NCBI GenBank assembly: GCA_030532275.1
Contig: JAUNLL010000002.1
Location: 1 to 45,271 of the forward strand
From: Peptoniphilus sp.
Lineage (GTDB): Bacteria; Bacillota; Clostridia; Tissierellales; Peptoniphilaceae
Direction of reading: 5' to 3'
Length of the DNA: 45,271 nucleotides
Below, in pieces: positions 7,974 through 17,130 of the stretch (the stretch's first letter is position 1; each line of letters starts with the position of its first letter). The notes under the pieces were generated by a model, which was given only the letters and a program-made list of their open reading frames with translations, was not told the origin of the DNA and ran no database searches. The translations under genes were made by a program, and so were the position numbers.

Positions 7974-9009
7974 TACAGGTAAGCCCTATTCTGTCTTTGT
8001 GGAGAGGGGACTATTCCAAAAAATCGGGCCCATGCTCAAGGATAATATAGGTGGAAAAGCCCTCATACTCACCGATGAAAGAGTGGGAAAACTACATGCT
8101 GATTTAATTTTAAGTCAGTTGCAAAGTCAAGGCATAGAAGGAAGTATCTATGTTGTAGAGGAAGGCGAAGGCAGCAAATCACTAAGGGTCTACGGTGAGA
8201 TTTTGGAATACATGGCGGCGAACAATTACCACAGAAATGATACCGTCATATCTCTTGGAGGAGGAGTGATCGGCGATTTAGGCGGCTTTGTTGCGGCTAC
8301 CTTTCAAAGGGGAATGGAATACATCCAAATGCCCACAAGCCTTTTGGCGGCTGTGGATTCTTCCGTGGGTGGAAAAACCGCTTTGAATTTGCAAGAGGGC
8401 AAAAATTTGGTGGGAGCCTTTAAGCAACCCCTTGCAGTGTACTGTGATCCCGAAGTATTTGCAACCATGGAAGATGAAAGATTTGCCGACGGAGTGGCGG
8501 AATCCATAAAGTACGGAATCCTCTTTGATAGAGATTTTTTCAATCTATTTAAAAATCCTCTGAAAAAAGACGATGAACGCCTTGAGAAAGTGGTGGAAAA
8601 AGCTGTGAAGTACAAGGCAAAGGTAGTGGCTGCCGATGAATTTGAACGAGATGAGAGAAAACTTTTAAATCTCGGTCACACCGTGGGACACAGCGTGGAA
8701 AAGGCAAGTGATTTTAAAATAACTCACGGACATGCCGTCGCCATAGGAACAGCTGTCATGGCGAGAGCCTGCAACAAAAGGAAGATTTTAAAGGATGAGG
8801 AAAAGGATGAAATACTGGAGGTTTTAGAGAAAAACAATTTGCCCGTCAATACATCCTTTTCCGTGGAAGAGCTTTTTAAATCTGTCTACAAGGATAAAAA
8901 AAGTGACGGAAAGAACATAACTCTGGTGGAGATAGAGAGAATTGGAAGGTGCAGACTGAAGAAAATTCCCCTTCCGTCCTTTAGAGAATACATTGAGGAG
9001 GGTCTTTGA
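7954..9009 (+). CDS. aroB: 3-dehydroquinate synthase
   Basis: GGGVIGDLGGF, DSSVGGKT, LNLGHT.GH, HGHAVAIG. Confidence 0.95.
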   Translation: MAEIQINTGKPYSVFVERGLFQKIGPMLKDNIGGKALILTDERVGKLHADLILSQLQSQGIEGSIYVVEEGEGSKSLRVYGEILEYMAANNYHRNDTVISLGGGVIGDLGGFVAATFQRGMEYIQMPTSLLAAVDSSVGGKTALNLQEGKNLVGAFKQPLAVYCDPEVFATMEDERFADGVAESIKYGILFDRDFFNLFKNPLKKDDERLEKVVEKAVKYKAKVVAADEFERDERKLLNLGHTVGHSVEKASDFKITHGHAVAIGTAVMARACNKRKILKDEEKDEILEVLEKNNLPVNTSFSVEELFKSVYKDKKSDGKNITLVEIERIGRCRLKKIPLPSFREYIEEGL

Positions 9010-10268
9010 TGATTGTGGAAATCACTCCCAAAAAATTGAGGGGAGAAATGGAAATACTGTCTTCCAAATCTGACGGACACCGTCTGTTGATTTGCGCGGC
9101 TCTCAGCGATAAAAAAACGGAAGTGCTGATAAATAACAGCTCCGAAGACATAGAGGCGACCATGGGTTGTCTGAGGGCTTTGGGAGCGGAGTTTCAAAGG
9201 ATTCCCGGAGGTTACGAGGTAACTCCCGTAAGGGATATTCCCGACTATGCGGAGATAAATCCCGTGGAAAGCGGCTCGACGTTGAGATTTATGTTGCCCG
9301 TTGCCACTGCCCTTGTGGAGAAGATCCGCTTCACGGGACGAGGAAGGTTGCCGAAAAGACCGATTAAAGATTTACAAGATGAGATGAAAAAAAAGGGTGT
9401 GAAATTTTCTCAAGATTTTTTGCCCTTCTGCACAGAGGGAAAATTAAAGGGAGGAAATTTTAAATTCCGTGGCAATATCAGTTCACAGTACATATCGGGA
9501 ATACTGTTGGCGGCTCCACTTTTAGGGGGCAGAGTCACAGTTGAAATCGAGGGTGAATTGGAATCTCGTGCCTATGTGAACATGACCGTGGACAGCATGA
9601 GAAAATTCGGAGTGGAAGTAAGGGCAGAGAATAATTCTTACATAGTGGATAGCGAAGGATACAAAAGTCCGGGCGGAGTTTCTGCTGAGGGAGATTTTTC
9701 CAACGGAGCCTTTTTTCTGGCGGCGGGAGCCTTGGGAGGACCTGTGAAGGTGTCGGGACTTTCTGAAAACACCTTGCAGGGAGATGCGAAGATCGTAGAC
9801 ATATTGAAGGAAAGAGGAGCAGTTTTGGAAAAGGATGATGCTCTGATTTTTTCAAAGGGAGAGGAAAGAGCGCTTAATGTGGATCTGTCACAGATTCCCG
9901 ATCTGCTTCCCGTGCTGGCTGTGGTGGCGAGTTTTTCTGAGGGAAAAAGTGTGTTTTACAACGGAAAAAGATTGAAATTGAAGGAGAGCGACAGACTTGA
10001 AACCACTGCAAAGATGATTGAGGACTTGGGCGGAAGGGCGCAGGTGACGGAGGACGGATTGATAGTTGAAGGTGGAGGACTAAGGGGCGGAAGGACGTCT
10101 TCCTTCGGAGATCACAGAATTGCCATGGCAGCTGCCATTGCATCCTGTAGAGCCGAGGAGAAGATAATCATCGAGGGAGCCGAAGCGGTGAACAAGTCCT
10201 ATCCCGATTTCTTTGGAGATTTAGAAAAAATAGGGGGCGAGATAAATGTCATCCACATGGGGAAATAA
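9009..10268 (+). CDS. aroA: EPSP synthase
   Basis: SKS..HR, ESGSTLRF, SSQYISG, KESDR, DHRIAM, KSYPDF; the ATG overlaps the aroB stop (TGATG). Confidence 0.95.
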   Translation: MIVEITPKKLRGEMEILSSKSDGHRLLICAALSDKKTEVLINNSSEDIEATMGCLRALGAEFQRIPGGYEVTPVRDIPDYAEINPVESGSTLRFMLPVATALVEKIRFTGRGRLPKRPIKDLQDEMKKKGVKFSQDFLPFCTEGKLKGGNFKFRGNISSQYISGILLAAPLLGGRVTVEIEGELESRAYVNMTVDSMRKFGVEVRAENNSYIVDSEGYKSPGGVSAEGDFSNGAFFLAAGALGGPVKVSGLSENTLQGDAKIVDILKERGAVLEKDDALIFSKGEERALNVDLSQIPDLLPVLAVVASFSEGKSVFYNGKRLKLKESDRLETTAKMIEDLGGRAQVTEDGLIVEGGGLRGGRTSSFGDHRIAMAAAIASCRAEEKIIIEGAEAVNKSYPDFFGDLEKIGGEINVIHMGK

Positions 10269-11343
10269 TATTAAAATATCTATTTTTGGAGAATCGCATG
10301 GAAAAGCTGTGGGAGTTGTCATTGACGGATTGCCCTCAGGAGAGGAAGTGGACGAAGAAAAACTGTTGGACTTCATGAAAAGACGAGCGCCGGGACAAAA
10401 ACTGACCACGGGAAGAAAAGAAGCCGACCTTCCCCACATACTGTCGGGAATTTACCAGGGAAGAACCACGGGCAGTCCTCTCTGTGCAATTATTGAAAAT
10501 AAAGATCAGCGCTCAAGGGATTATTCCAACTTAAAGGATGTACCACGCCCTGCTCATGCCGATTTGACAGCCTATTTTAAATACGGACAATTCGCAGATA
10601 TGAGAGGTGGCGGACATTTTTCGGGAAGGCTTACAGCACCTCTGTGCATAGCAGGTGGAATTGCAAAACAAATTTTGGAAAGGCGAGGAATTTTTGTAGG
10701 GGCGCAACTTTTCTCAGTGGGCGAAGTGGAGGGCAGGAGTTTCAGAAGGGCGGATTTAAGCCTTGATGAGGTGCTTTCAGCAGGCAGAAGAGAATTTCCC
10801 ACAGGAGATGAAGAAACTGAAGATAAAATGAAAGAATTGCTAGGGGAAGTATCATCGCAGGGAGATTCCATAGGGGGAAGTGTTGAATGTGCAGCCCTAG
10901 GTTTTCCCGCGGGAATCGGAGGTCCCATGTTCAAGGGAATGGAGAACGAAATCGCACAGATGATCTTCGGTATTCCCGGCGTGAAAAGTTTGGAATTCGG
11001 TTCGGGAGTGGAAGCAACTAAGATGAGAGGCTCTCAGCACAACGACCCCATTGAGATAGAGAAGGGAGCAATTCGCACTAAGACAAATAACGCAGGAGGA
11101 ATAAACGGGGGAATAACCAACGGTATGCCCATAATCATCAGGGTGGGAATGAAACCCACACCCTCCATAGGATTGGAGCAGGAGTCCATCAGTCTTTCAA
11201 AGATGGAAAAGGAAAAGCTGTTGATTAAGGGAAGGCACGATCCTTGCATTGCCGTTAGAGCAGTGCCCGTGGTGGAGGCTGCCGTGGCTGTGGTATTGTT
11301 GGATCAATGGTTAGGAGCGGGATATGGATTTAAAAGAGCTTAG
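10246..11343 (+). CDS. aroC: Chorismate synthase
   Basis: FGESHG, RPAHAD, RGGGHFSGR, GRHDPC. Confidence 0.95.
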   Translation: MSSTWGNNIKISIFGESHGKAVGVVIDGLPSGEEVDEEKLLDFMKRRAPGQKLTTGRKEADLPHILSGIYQGRTTGSPLCAIIENKDQRSRDYSNLKDVPRPAHADLTAYFKYGQFADMRGGGHFSGRLTAPLCIAGGIAKQILERRGIFVGAQLFSVGEVEGRSFRRADLSLDEVLSAGRREFPTGDEETEDKMKELLGEVSSQGDSIGGSVECAALGFPAGIGGPMFKGMENEIAQMIFGIPGVKSLEFGSGVEATKMRGSQHNDPIEIEKGAIRTKTNNAGGINGGITNGMPIIIRVGMKPTPSIGLEQESISLSKMEKEKLLIKGRHDPCIAVRAVPVVEAAVAVVLLDQWLGAGYGFKRA

Positions 11344-12460
11344 GGAACAAATCAACGAAATTGATAAAAATATATTGGAAGCCTTTACGGAGAGAATGGA
11401 AGTTTCTCGTGAAATTGCAAAGGTGAAAAAAGAAAAGGGCCTGAGTTTGGAGAACAAGGTGAGAGAGAGGGAGATACTGGACGGAATCACCGAAAAAACC
11501 GGAGATTTATCCCACTATGCAAGGCTTTTGTATTCGACGCTCTTCGATTTGAGCAAGTCCTATCAATCGCAATTCCTTTTTACAGAGGGAGAATTTGAAA
11601 GACAGTTGCAGAAGGCGGCGGAAAACACTCCCAAAATTTTCCCGAAGAAGGCGAAGATTGCAGTACAGGGAAGAGAGGGTTCCTATTCGCAACAGGCATC
11701 GGATCACTTGTTTTCACAGGGCAAGCTGTTGTACTTTCACACCTTTGAGGAAGTATTTGATGCAGTTGAGCGAGAGATTTGTGATTATGGTGTACTGCCC
11801 TTGGAAAATTCATCCAAGGGTTCGGTGAAGGAAGTCTACGATTTAATGGAAAGAAAGCAATTCTTCATCGTTGCATCTTACAGACTGTTAATTCACCACG
11901 CTCTCATGGCGAAAAAGGGAGTTGCAGAAGAAGAGTTAAGGGAAATAATCTCCCACGCTCAAGCTCTGGAGCAGTGCAGTGAATATTTGAGAAGCATTGA
12001 AAATGTGAAGGTGGGTTCTGTGGAGAACACAGCGGTGGCGGCAAAGATCGTCAGCGAATCACCTAGCAGAGAGATTGGAGCCATATCCTCATCTCACTGT
12101 GCCGATTTGTACGGATTGGAAGTTTTAAAGGAAGGAATTCAGAACAGCGACAACAATTACACACGCTTCATCTGCATTTCCAAAAAAATGGAAATCTATC
12201 CCGGAGCAAGTAAAATATCCTTCAGAACTACTGCTAAGCACGAGCCGGGCGGATTGTATAAAATCATTGCCCAGTTTGCAGCCTTGGGACTTAATCTCAC
12301 AAAGATAGAAAGTCGTCCCATAATAGGAAAGGATTTTGAATTTTTATTTTATTTTGATTTTGAAGGATCGGTGCATATGCCCGAGGTTTTGGGATTGCTC
12401 AGCGCATTGAAGAGAGAGAACAAGAAATTTGTATTTTTAGGAAATTATTTGGAAAGGTAG
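11324..12460 (+). CDS. pheA: Bifunctional chorismate mutase / prephenate dehydratase (P-protein)
   Basis: N-terminal CM domain (LREQINEID), PLENS, SHAQALEQC, NYTRF, and ACT motif LTKIESRP. Confidence 0.93.
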   Translation: MDLKELREQINEIDKNILEAFTERMEVSREIAKVKKEKGLSLENKVREREILDGITEKTGDLSHYARLLYSTLFDLSKSYQSQFLFTEGEFERQLQKAAENTPKIFPKKAKIAVQGREGSYSQQASDHLFSQGKLLYFHTFEEVFDAVEREICDYGVLPLENSSKGSVKEVYDLMERKQFFIVASYRLLIHHALMAKKGVAEEELREIISHAQALEQCSEYLRSIENVKVGSVENTAVAAKIVSESPSREIGAISSSHCADLYGLEVLKEGIQNSDNNYTRFICISKKMEIYPGASKISFRTTAKHEPGGLYKIIAQFAALGLNLTKIESRPIIGKDFEFLFYFDFEGSVHMPEVLGLLSALKRENKKFVFLGNYLER

Positions 12461-12463
12461 CAT

Positions 12464-13699
12464 ATGAAATTCGGATTATTGGGAGCTAATTTGGGACACA
12501 GTTTTTCCAGGGAAATTCATAACAGATTGGGTGACTACACCTACGAGTTTTTTGAGCGAAGAGAAGATGAAATTGAAGAGTTGTTTAAAAATCCCGATAT
12601 TGCAGGATTTAACGTGACAGTTCCCTACAAGCAAAGCGTGATTAAGTACTGCGATGAAGTGGATGAGGACGCTCTGAGCATCGGAGCGGTAAACACCGTA
12701 GTAAAAAACGAGGGGCGATCAGTGGGATACAATACCGACATCGACGGATTTTTATTTCAAGTGGAAACTTCTGGTATTTCCGTGGAAGGAAAAAAGGTCT
12801 TGATTTTAGGAGAGGGCGGAACGTCAAACACCGTGCATCGTGCCATGGAAAAATTGGGCGCAGGGGAAATACTCAAATTTTCACGGAGAGGACAGCTGAA
12901 GTTCAAAGATTTGGAAAATCATTTTGACGGTGAGATAATAGTCAACTGCACTCCCGTGGGAACCTATCCCAAGAACATGGAAAGCCTTGTGGATCTAAGG
13001 GACTTTTCGGATTTGGAGGGTGTTTTGGACGTGGTGTACAATCCTCTCAGAACCAAGATGATTTTGCAGGCGGAGGAATTAGGCATAAAAAACAATTCCG
13101 GATTGGGAATGCTCGTGGTGCAGGCAAAGATTGCATCGGAGTATTTTCAGAGGACTAGCATACCTCACGGTGAAGTTTTTAAAATTCTAAGGGAGATTGA
13201 AAGGGAATCGGAGAACGTAGTGCTAATAGGAATGCCGGGCAGCGGCAAGAGTGCTCTTGGGCAGAAGATAGCCGAGGCTTTGAAAAGACCCTTCATAGAC
13301 ATAGATGAAGAGATAGAAAGAGCTGTGGGCAAGTCCATCCCTGAAATATTTAAAGAAGATGGAGAGGGATTTTTCCGTGAAAGAGAAACCGAGATCACCG
13401 AGAAATTCGGCAAGAATAGGGGAATGGTAATTTCCACAGGCGGCGGCACGATTTTAAAGGAAAAAAACAGGCAGGCATTAAAACAAAACGGCAGAATATA
13501 CTTGATCCGTCGACCTCTTGAAGAGTTGAGCACCAAGGGCAGACCCCTTTCAGAGGGCGGATTGATGAAATTGCAAAAATTATATGAAGAACGTCGACCT
13601 CTTTATGAAAAATTTTGCGATTATTCCGTGGATAATGAGTTTTTTGGAAAAACAGTACAGGATATAATAGGAGAGTTTTATGAAAATCATCGTCATTAA
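12464..13699 (+). CDS. aroE: Fused shikimate dehydrogenase - shikimate kinase (AroE-AroK)
   Basis: N-half: HSFS, NVTVPYK, GAVNT, NTD. C-half: P-loop GMPGSGKS, FRERE, STGGG, RPL. Confidence 0.92.
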   Translation: MKFGLLGANLGHSFSREIHNRLGDYTYEFFERREDEIEELFKNPDIAGFNVTVPYKQSVIKYCDEVDEDALSIGAVNTVVKNEGRSVGYNTDIDGFLFQVETSGISVEGKKVLILGEGGTSNTVHRAMEKLGAGEILKFSRRGQLKFKDLENHFDGEIIVNCTPVGTYPKNMESLVDLRDFSDLEGVLDVVYNPLRTKMILQAEELGIKNNSGLGMLVVQAKIASEYFQRTSIPHGEVFKILREIERESENVVLIGMPGSGKSALGQKIAEALKRPFIDIDEEIERAVGKSIPEIFKEDGEGFFRERETEITEKFGKNRGMVISTGGGTILKEKNRQALKQNGRIYLIRRPLEELSTKGRPLSEGGLMKLQKLYEERRPLYEKFCDYSVDNEFFGKTVQDIIGEFYENHRH

Positions 13700-14123
13700 C
13701 GGGCCAAATATGAATATGCTGGGCATTAGAGAACCGGATATTTACGGCAGAAAAACCTATGCAGATTTAATAAATATGATAGAAGAAGAATACAAGGACA
13801 AGAATTTGGACATAGAATTTTATCAGTCCAATCACGAGGGATGCATAGTGGATAAAATTCAGGATATGTACGGACAGAGGGATGCCATAGTCATCAATCC
13901 CGCTGCCTACACTCATACTTCCATAGCCATATTGGATGCATTGAAAAGCGTCGCCCTCCCTGCGGTGGAGGTTCATTTGACAAAGGTGGAGGACAGAGAG
14001 GACTTCAGAAGAATTTCCTATCCGGGAAAGTACTGTGAAAAAACCTTTGCGGGACTGGGATTTCAAGGATATATAGAGGCCATCGACTACTTGATTGAAA
14101 AATATGGCAAAGATCATGAATAA
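13680..14123 (+). CDS. aroQ: Type II 3-dehydroquinate dehydratase
   Basis: NGPNMNMLG.REP..YG, QSNHEG, INPAAYTHTS, EVH. Confidence 0.95.
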   Translation: MKIIVINGPNMNMLGIREPDIYGRKTYADLINMIEEEYKDKNLDIEFYQSNHEGCIVDKIQDMYGQRDAIVINPAAYTHTSIAILDALKSVALPAVEVHLTKVEDREDFRRISYPGKYCEKTFAGLGFQGYIEAIDYLIEKYGKDHE

Positions 14124-14130
14124 ATAGAGA

Positions 14131-14163
14131 AAAGAGTTTATTATGGGTAATAAACTCTTTTTT
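14131..14163. terminator. Bidirectional terminator between aroQ and ybaK
   Basis: Perfect AAAGAGTTTATTA / TAATAAACTCTTT inverted repeat. Confidence 0.8.
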
Positions 14164-14183
14164 ACGCATGAAGTATTTTTCTG

Positions 14184-14660
14184 TCAATCTTCCACAAAGG
14201 TGATATCTGCAAATTTTGCTCCTGTGACCTTTGCCAAGTCCAGGGGATTTAACACCACTTGCATGCCAAGGGTGCCGGCGCTGACTGATATTTGTTTCAA
14301 ATTTTCTGCATCGGTGTTTATGACGGTGGGAAATAATTTTTTCATGCCCACGGGGGAGCAACCACCGTGTATGTATCCCGTGAGTTGCTTTAAATCCCTT
14401 TGAGAGAGCATTTCTATCTTCTTCTCGCCCACGGTTTCAGCTGCTTTTTTCAGATCTAATTTTTGATTGACTTCTATCACAAAGACGTAATGGCCCTTTT
14501 TGCCTTGAGTGACCAAGGTTTTAAAGACTTCTCCATAGGCCACGCCCACCTTGTCGGCAACGGACATCCCGTCTATCTTGTCATCGGATATGTCGTAGAT
14601 CCTCACTTCATAATTAACTTTATTTCTGTCAAGTATGCGCATTGCATTGGTTTTTTTCAT
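14184..14660 (-). CDS. ybaK: Cys-tRNA(Pro) deacylase YbaK
   Basis: KTNAMRILD, FKTLV, TGYIHGGCSP, SAG. Start trimmed to MKKTN. Confidence 0.9.
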   Translation of the reverse strand: MKKTNAMRILDRNKVNYEVRIYDISDDKIDGMSVADKVGVAYGEVFKTLVTQGKKGHYVFVIEVNQKLDLKKAAETVGEKKIEMLSQRDLKQLTGYIHGGCSPVGMKKLFPTVINTDAENLKQISVSAGTLGMQVVLNPLDLAKVTGAKFADITFVED

Positions 14661-14798
14661 TTTCTGTTCCATTCTTTTAATTAATTTCAGTTGACTTTTG
14701 AATTTTTGCATAAATAAAGGGTAGAGTTAATATAATTATAGCATAGCTTTTAATCCGCATGCGCAAATTTATGGAATTTTAACCTTGGAGGGATGATG

Positions 14799-15647
14799 AT
14801 GAAATGGCGAGGAAGATCGGGCAGTTCAAATGTTGACGACAGGAGAGGACGAGGGGGCAGAGGTGGAGCAGGCCTGGGAATTGGAGGTCTGGTCATAGTG
14901 ATTTTGTTCACTTTGCTCACGGGTGGAGATTTAGGCGATGTAATTGGCAATATCTCCATGATGGGCGGTACGTCCATTGAACAGAAATACGAGCCCACAC
15001 AGCAGGAGGAGGAACTGGCGGAATTCAGCAAGGTTGTATTCAAAGATACCGAAGATGTTTGGAACGGCTTGTTTGAAGAGATGGGCGAGAAGTATGTGGA
15101 GCCGGGATTGGTGCTTTACACAGATTCGGTAAATTCAGGCTGTGGATATGCTTCGGCACAAATCGGGCCCTTTTATTGTCCTGCTGATGGCAATGTGTAT
15201 ATAGATTTGAGTTTTTACAAGGATCTAAATGACAAGTTCGGAGCAGCAGGAGATTTTGCCTTTGCCTATGTAATTGCCCATGAAGTTGGTCACCATGTGC
15301 AAAATCTCTACGGTATTTCCGGACAGGTGCAATCCCTTAGAAGCAAACTTTCCCAAAGTGATTACAACAAGTATTCTGTGGCCATGGAGTTGCAGGCGGA
15401 TTACTTAGCAGGAGTTTTTGCGGCGCATCAAAGGGACAAGGGATATCTTGATGTGGGAGATGTTGAAGAGGCGATAAATGCCGCAGGTCAAATAGGAGAT
15501 GACAACATTCAAAGGCAGACACAGGGTTATGTAGTGCCTGACAGTTTCACTCATGGAACGGGAGCGCAGAGAAAAGAGTGGTTTGAAAGAGGGTACAATG
15601 CAGGGGATCTGTCGGATTGGAACACCTTTAAAGCTCTGGGGCTTTAA
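14799..15647 (+). CDS. Neutral zinc metallopeptidase (YpfJ-like)
   Basis: MKWRGR..SSNVDDRR, GPFYCP.D, HEVGH, ELQAD, SFTHG. Three tandem ATGs at 14793-14801. Confidence 0.88.
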   Translation: MKWRGRSGSSNVDDRRGRGGRGGAGLGIGGLVIVILFTLLTGGDLGDVIGNISMMGGTSIEQKYEPTQQEEELAEFSKVVFKDTEDVWNGLFEEMGEKYVEPGLVLYTDSVNSGCGYASAQIGPFYCPADGNVYIDLSFYKDLNDKFGAAGDFAFAYVIAHEVGHHVQNLYGISGQVQSLRSKLSQSDYNKYSVAMELQADYLAGVFAAHQRDKGYLDVGDVEEAINAAGQIGDDNIQRQTQGYVVPDSFTHGTGAQRKEWFERGYNAGDLSDWNTFKALGL

Positions 15648-15681
15648 TCAAAATCAAGATATTTTTAAACATATAAACAAG

Positions 15682-15707
15682 AAAGGCAAGTAGAACACTT
15701 GCCTTTT
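15682..15707. terminator. Bidirectional terminator
   Basis: AAAGGCAAGT / ACTTGCCTTTT inverted repeat between convergent genes. Confidence 0.75.
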
Positions 15708-15733
15708 ACTATGTAGTATTTTAAATTAAAGAA

Positions 15734-16564
15734 TCATTTATAGAAATTTAAAGAGCTTTGCAATAGGAGCAGGTTGGTAATGCTGCCCACGCCCTTGGGA
15801 ACGGGTGAGTAGGCTTTGATTTTTCCGTCCACTGCAGCCGCATTCAAATCTCCTCTCCACTTGCCCTCCGCGTTCTTTGAAAGTCCGATGTCTATGACTG
15901 TGGAATTTTCTGTGAAATAGGATTCATCCAGCATTTCAGCCACGCCCATGGCTGTGAATACTATGTCGGCGTTTTTGGTGTGGAATTTCAAATCTCTGGT
16001 CTTTACATGGCACAGTGTAACTGTCGCCCACCTTGTGAGCAGAATCATCTCAAGAGGTTTGCCCACTACATCGGAGTGATTGATCACCACGCAGTCCTTG
16101 CCTTCCAGATCAATTCCGTAATGGTCGAGAAGTCTTATGGAGGCTTTAGGAGCTAAGGGAATAAATCCCTCCACATCTCCTGAAAAAACCTTGGCTTTAT
16201 TGAGGGGATTTACACAATCCAAGTCCTTTTTCGGAGAGATTAGATTGTTTATCCTGTGAGCATCCAGGTGGTCTGGATAGGGTCTGAAAACAAGAATACC
16301 TCCTATGCTGTCATCCTTATTTATTTTGTCGATTAAATTCAAGACAGAATCTTCTTCCGCATTTTCATCCAATTCGTGAATTTCATATCCGATTCCAAGT
16401 AAATCAGCACTTTTTTTAATGCCCCTTTCGTAGGCTAAATCGGCTCCCTTCGCTCCAAATCTCAATATGGATATCTTGGGAGCGACGGTGAGCTGTGCGA
16501 TTTCTTCTTTGATTTCAGCGATTATTTCGTCATAGAGTTCTGTCGAATCAAGTACCTTTGTCAT
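15734..16564 (-). CDS. folD: Methylenetetrahydrofolate dehydrogenase FolD (divergent, probably dehydrogenase-only)
   Basis: KDLD, S.VVGKP, ATVTLCH, VIDIG, GD, SPVPKGVG; AGGAGA RBS before MTKVLD. Confidence 0.85.
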   Translation of the reverse strand: MTKVLDSTELYDEIIAEIKEEIAQLTVAPKISILRFGAKGADLAYERGIKKSADLLGIGYEIHELDENAEEDSVLNLIDKINKDDSIGGILVFRPYPDHLDAHRINNLISPKKDLDCVNPLNKAKVFSGDVEGFIPLAPKASIRLLDHYGIDLEGKDCVVINHSDVVGKPLEMILLTRWATVTLCHVKTRDLKFHTKNADIVFTAMGVAEMLDESYFTENSTVIDIGLSKNAEGKWRGDLNAAAVDGKIKAYSPVPKGVGSITNLLLLQSSLNFYK

Positions 16565-16578
16565 TTTAAATCTCCTTT

Positions 16579-17115
16579 TCAAGGTTCGAAGGGTTCAACT
16601 AAAGAGGAGCTGACCCATGAGTATTGAGTATCGTCGTTATTTAAATAAAATCCGTACCAAAGGGTGTCACCTGATTTTTTTGAATCGTAGACGGTGAATA
16701 TATATCCCTCGTTGAATTGATCCACTATTTCTCCGTCCAGTCCCGGAGTGGCTCTGACGTTCACTCCATCGACCTTAATCCTGAAATCTCCGTATTCCTG
16801 AGACAATTGAGCGTATCCCGAATTTTTTCTTTTGGAAGCGCTGTTTTCCAAATCTTCATTTTGCAATCTCAGTCTTTGTATTTCCGATTCCAGGCTTTCA
16901 ATCTTTGCTGTGGTTTCAGGATCCAGTTGAGGATTTTTTGCTCTTGCCTCTGCTTCTTCGTACTTGGCACTCATTTGGGCAAGGTCCGATTTATATTTCA
17001 TGTTTTGAGCGAAAAGCCAGATATTTGTCAGTAGGGAAAGGACTAACAAAAGCAAAAATAATCTGATTTGCTTTTTGTATTTAAGAATATAATTTCTCTT
17101 TTCGTTATTGTTCAT
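16579..17115 (-). CDS. Membrane-anchored coiled-coil protein with C-terminal SH3b-like domain
   Basis: One TM helix, a heptad-rich linker, then VNVRATPG...WY...SWVSS. Confidence 0.75.
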   Translation of the reverse strand: MNNNEKRNYILKYKKQIRLFLLLLVLSLLTNIWLFAQNMKYKSDLAQMSAKYEEAEARAKNPQLDPETTAKIESLESEIQRLRLQNEDLENSASKRKNSGYAQLSQEYGDFRIKVDGVNVRATPGLDGEIVDQFNEGYIFTVYDSKKSGDTLWYGFYLNNDDTQYSWVSSSLVEPFEP

Positions 17116-17130
17116 AAAACACCTCAAATT

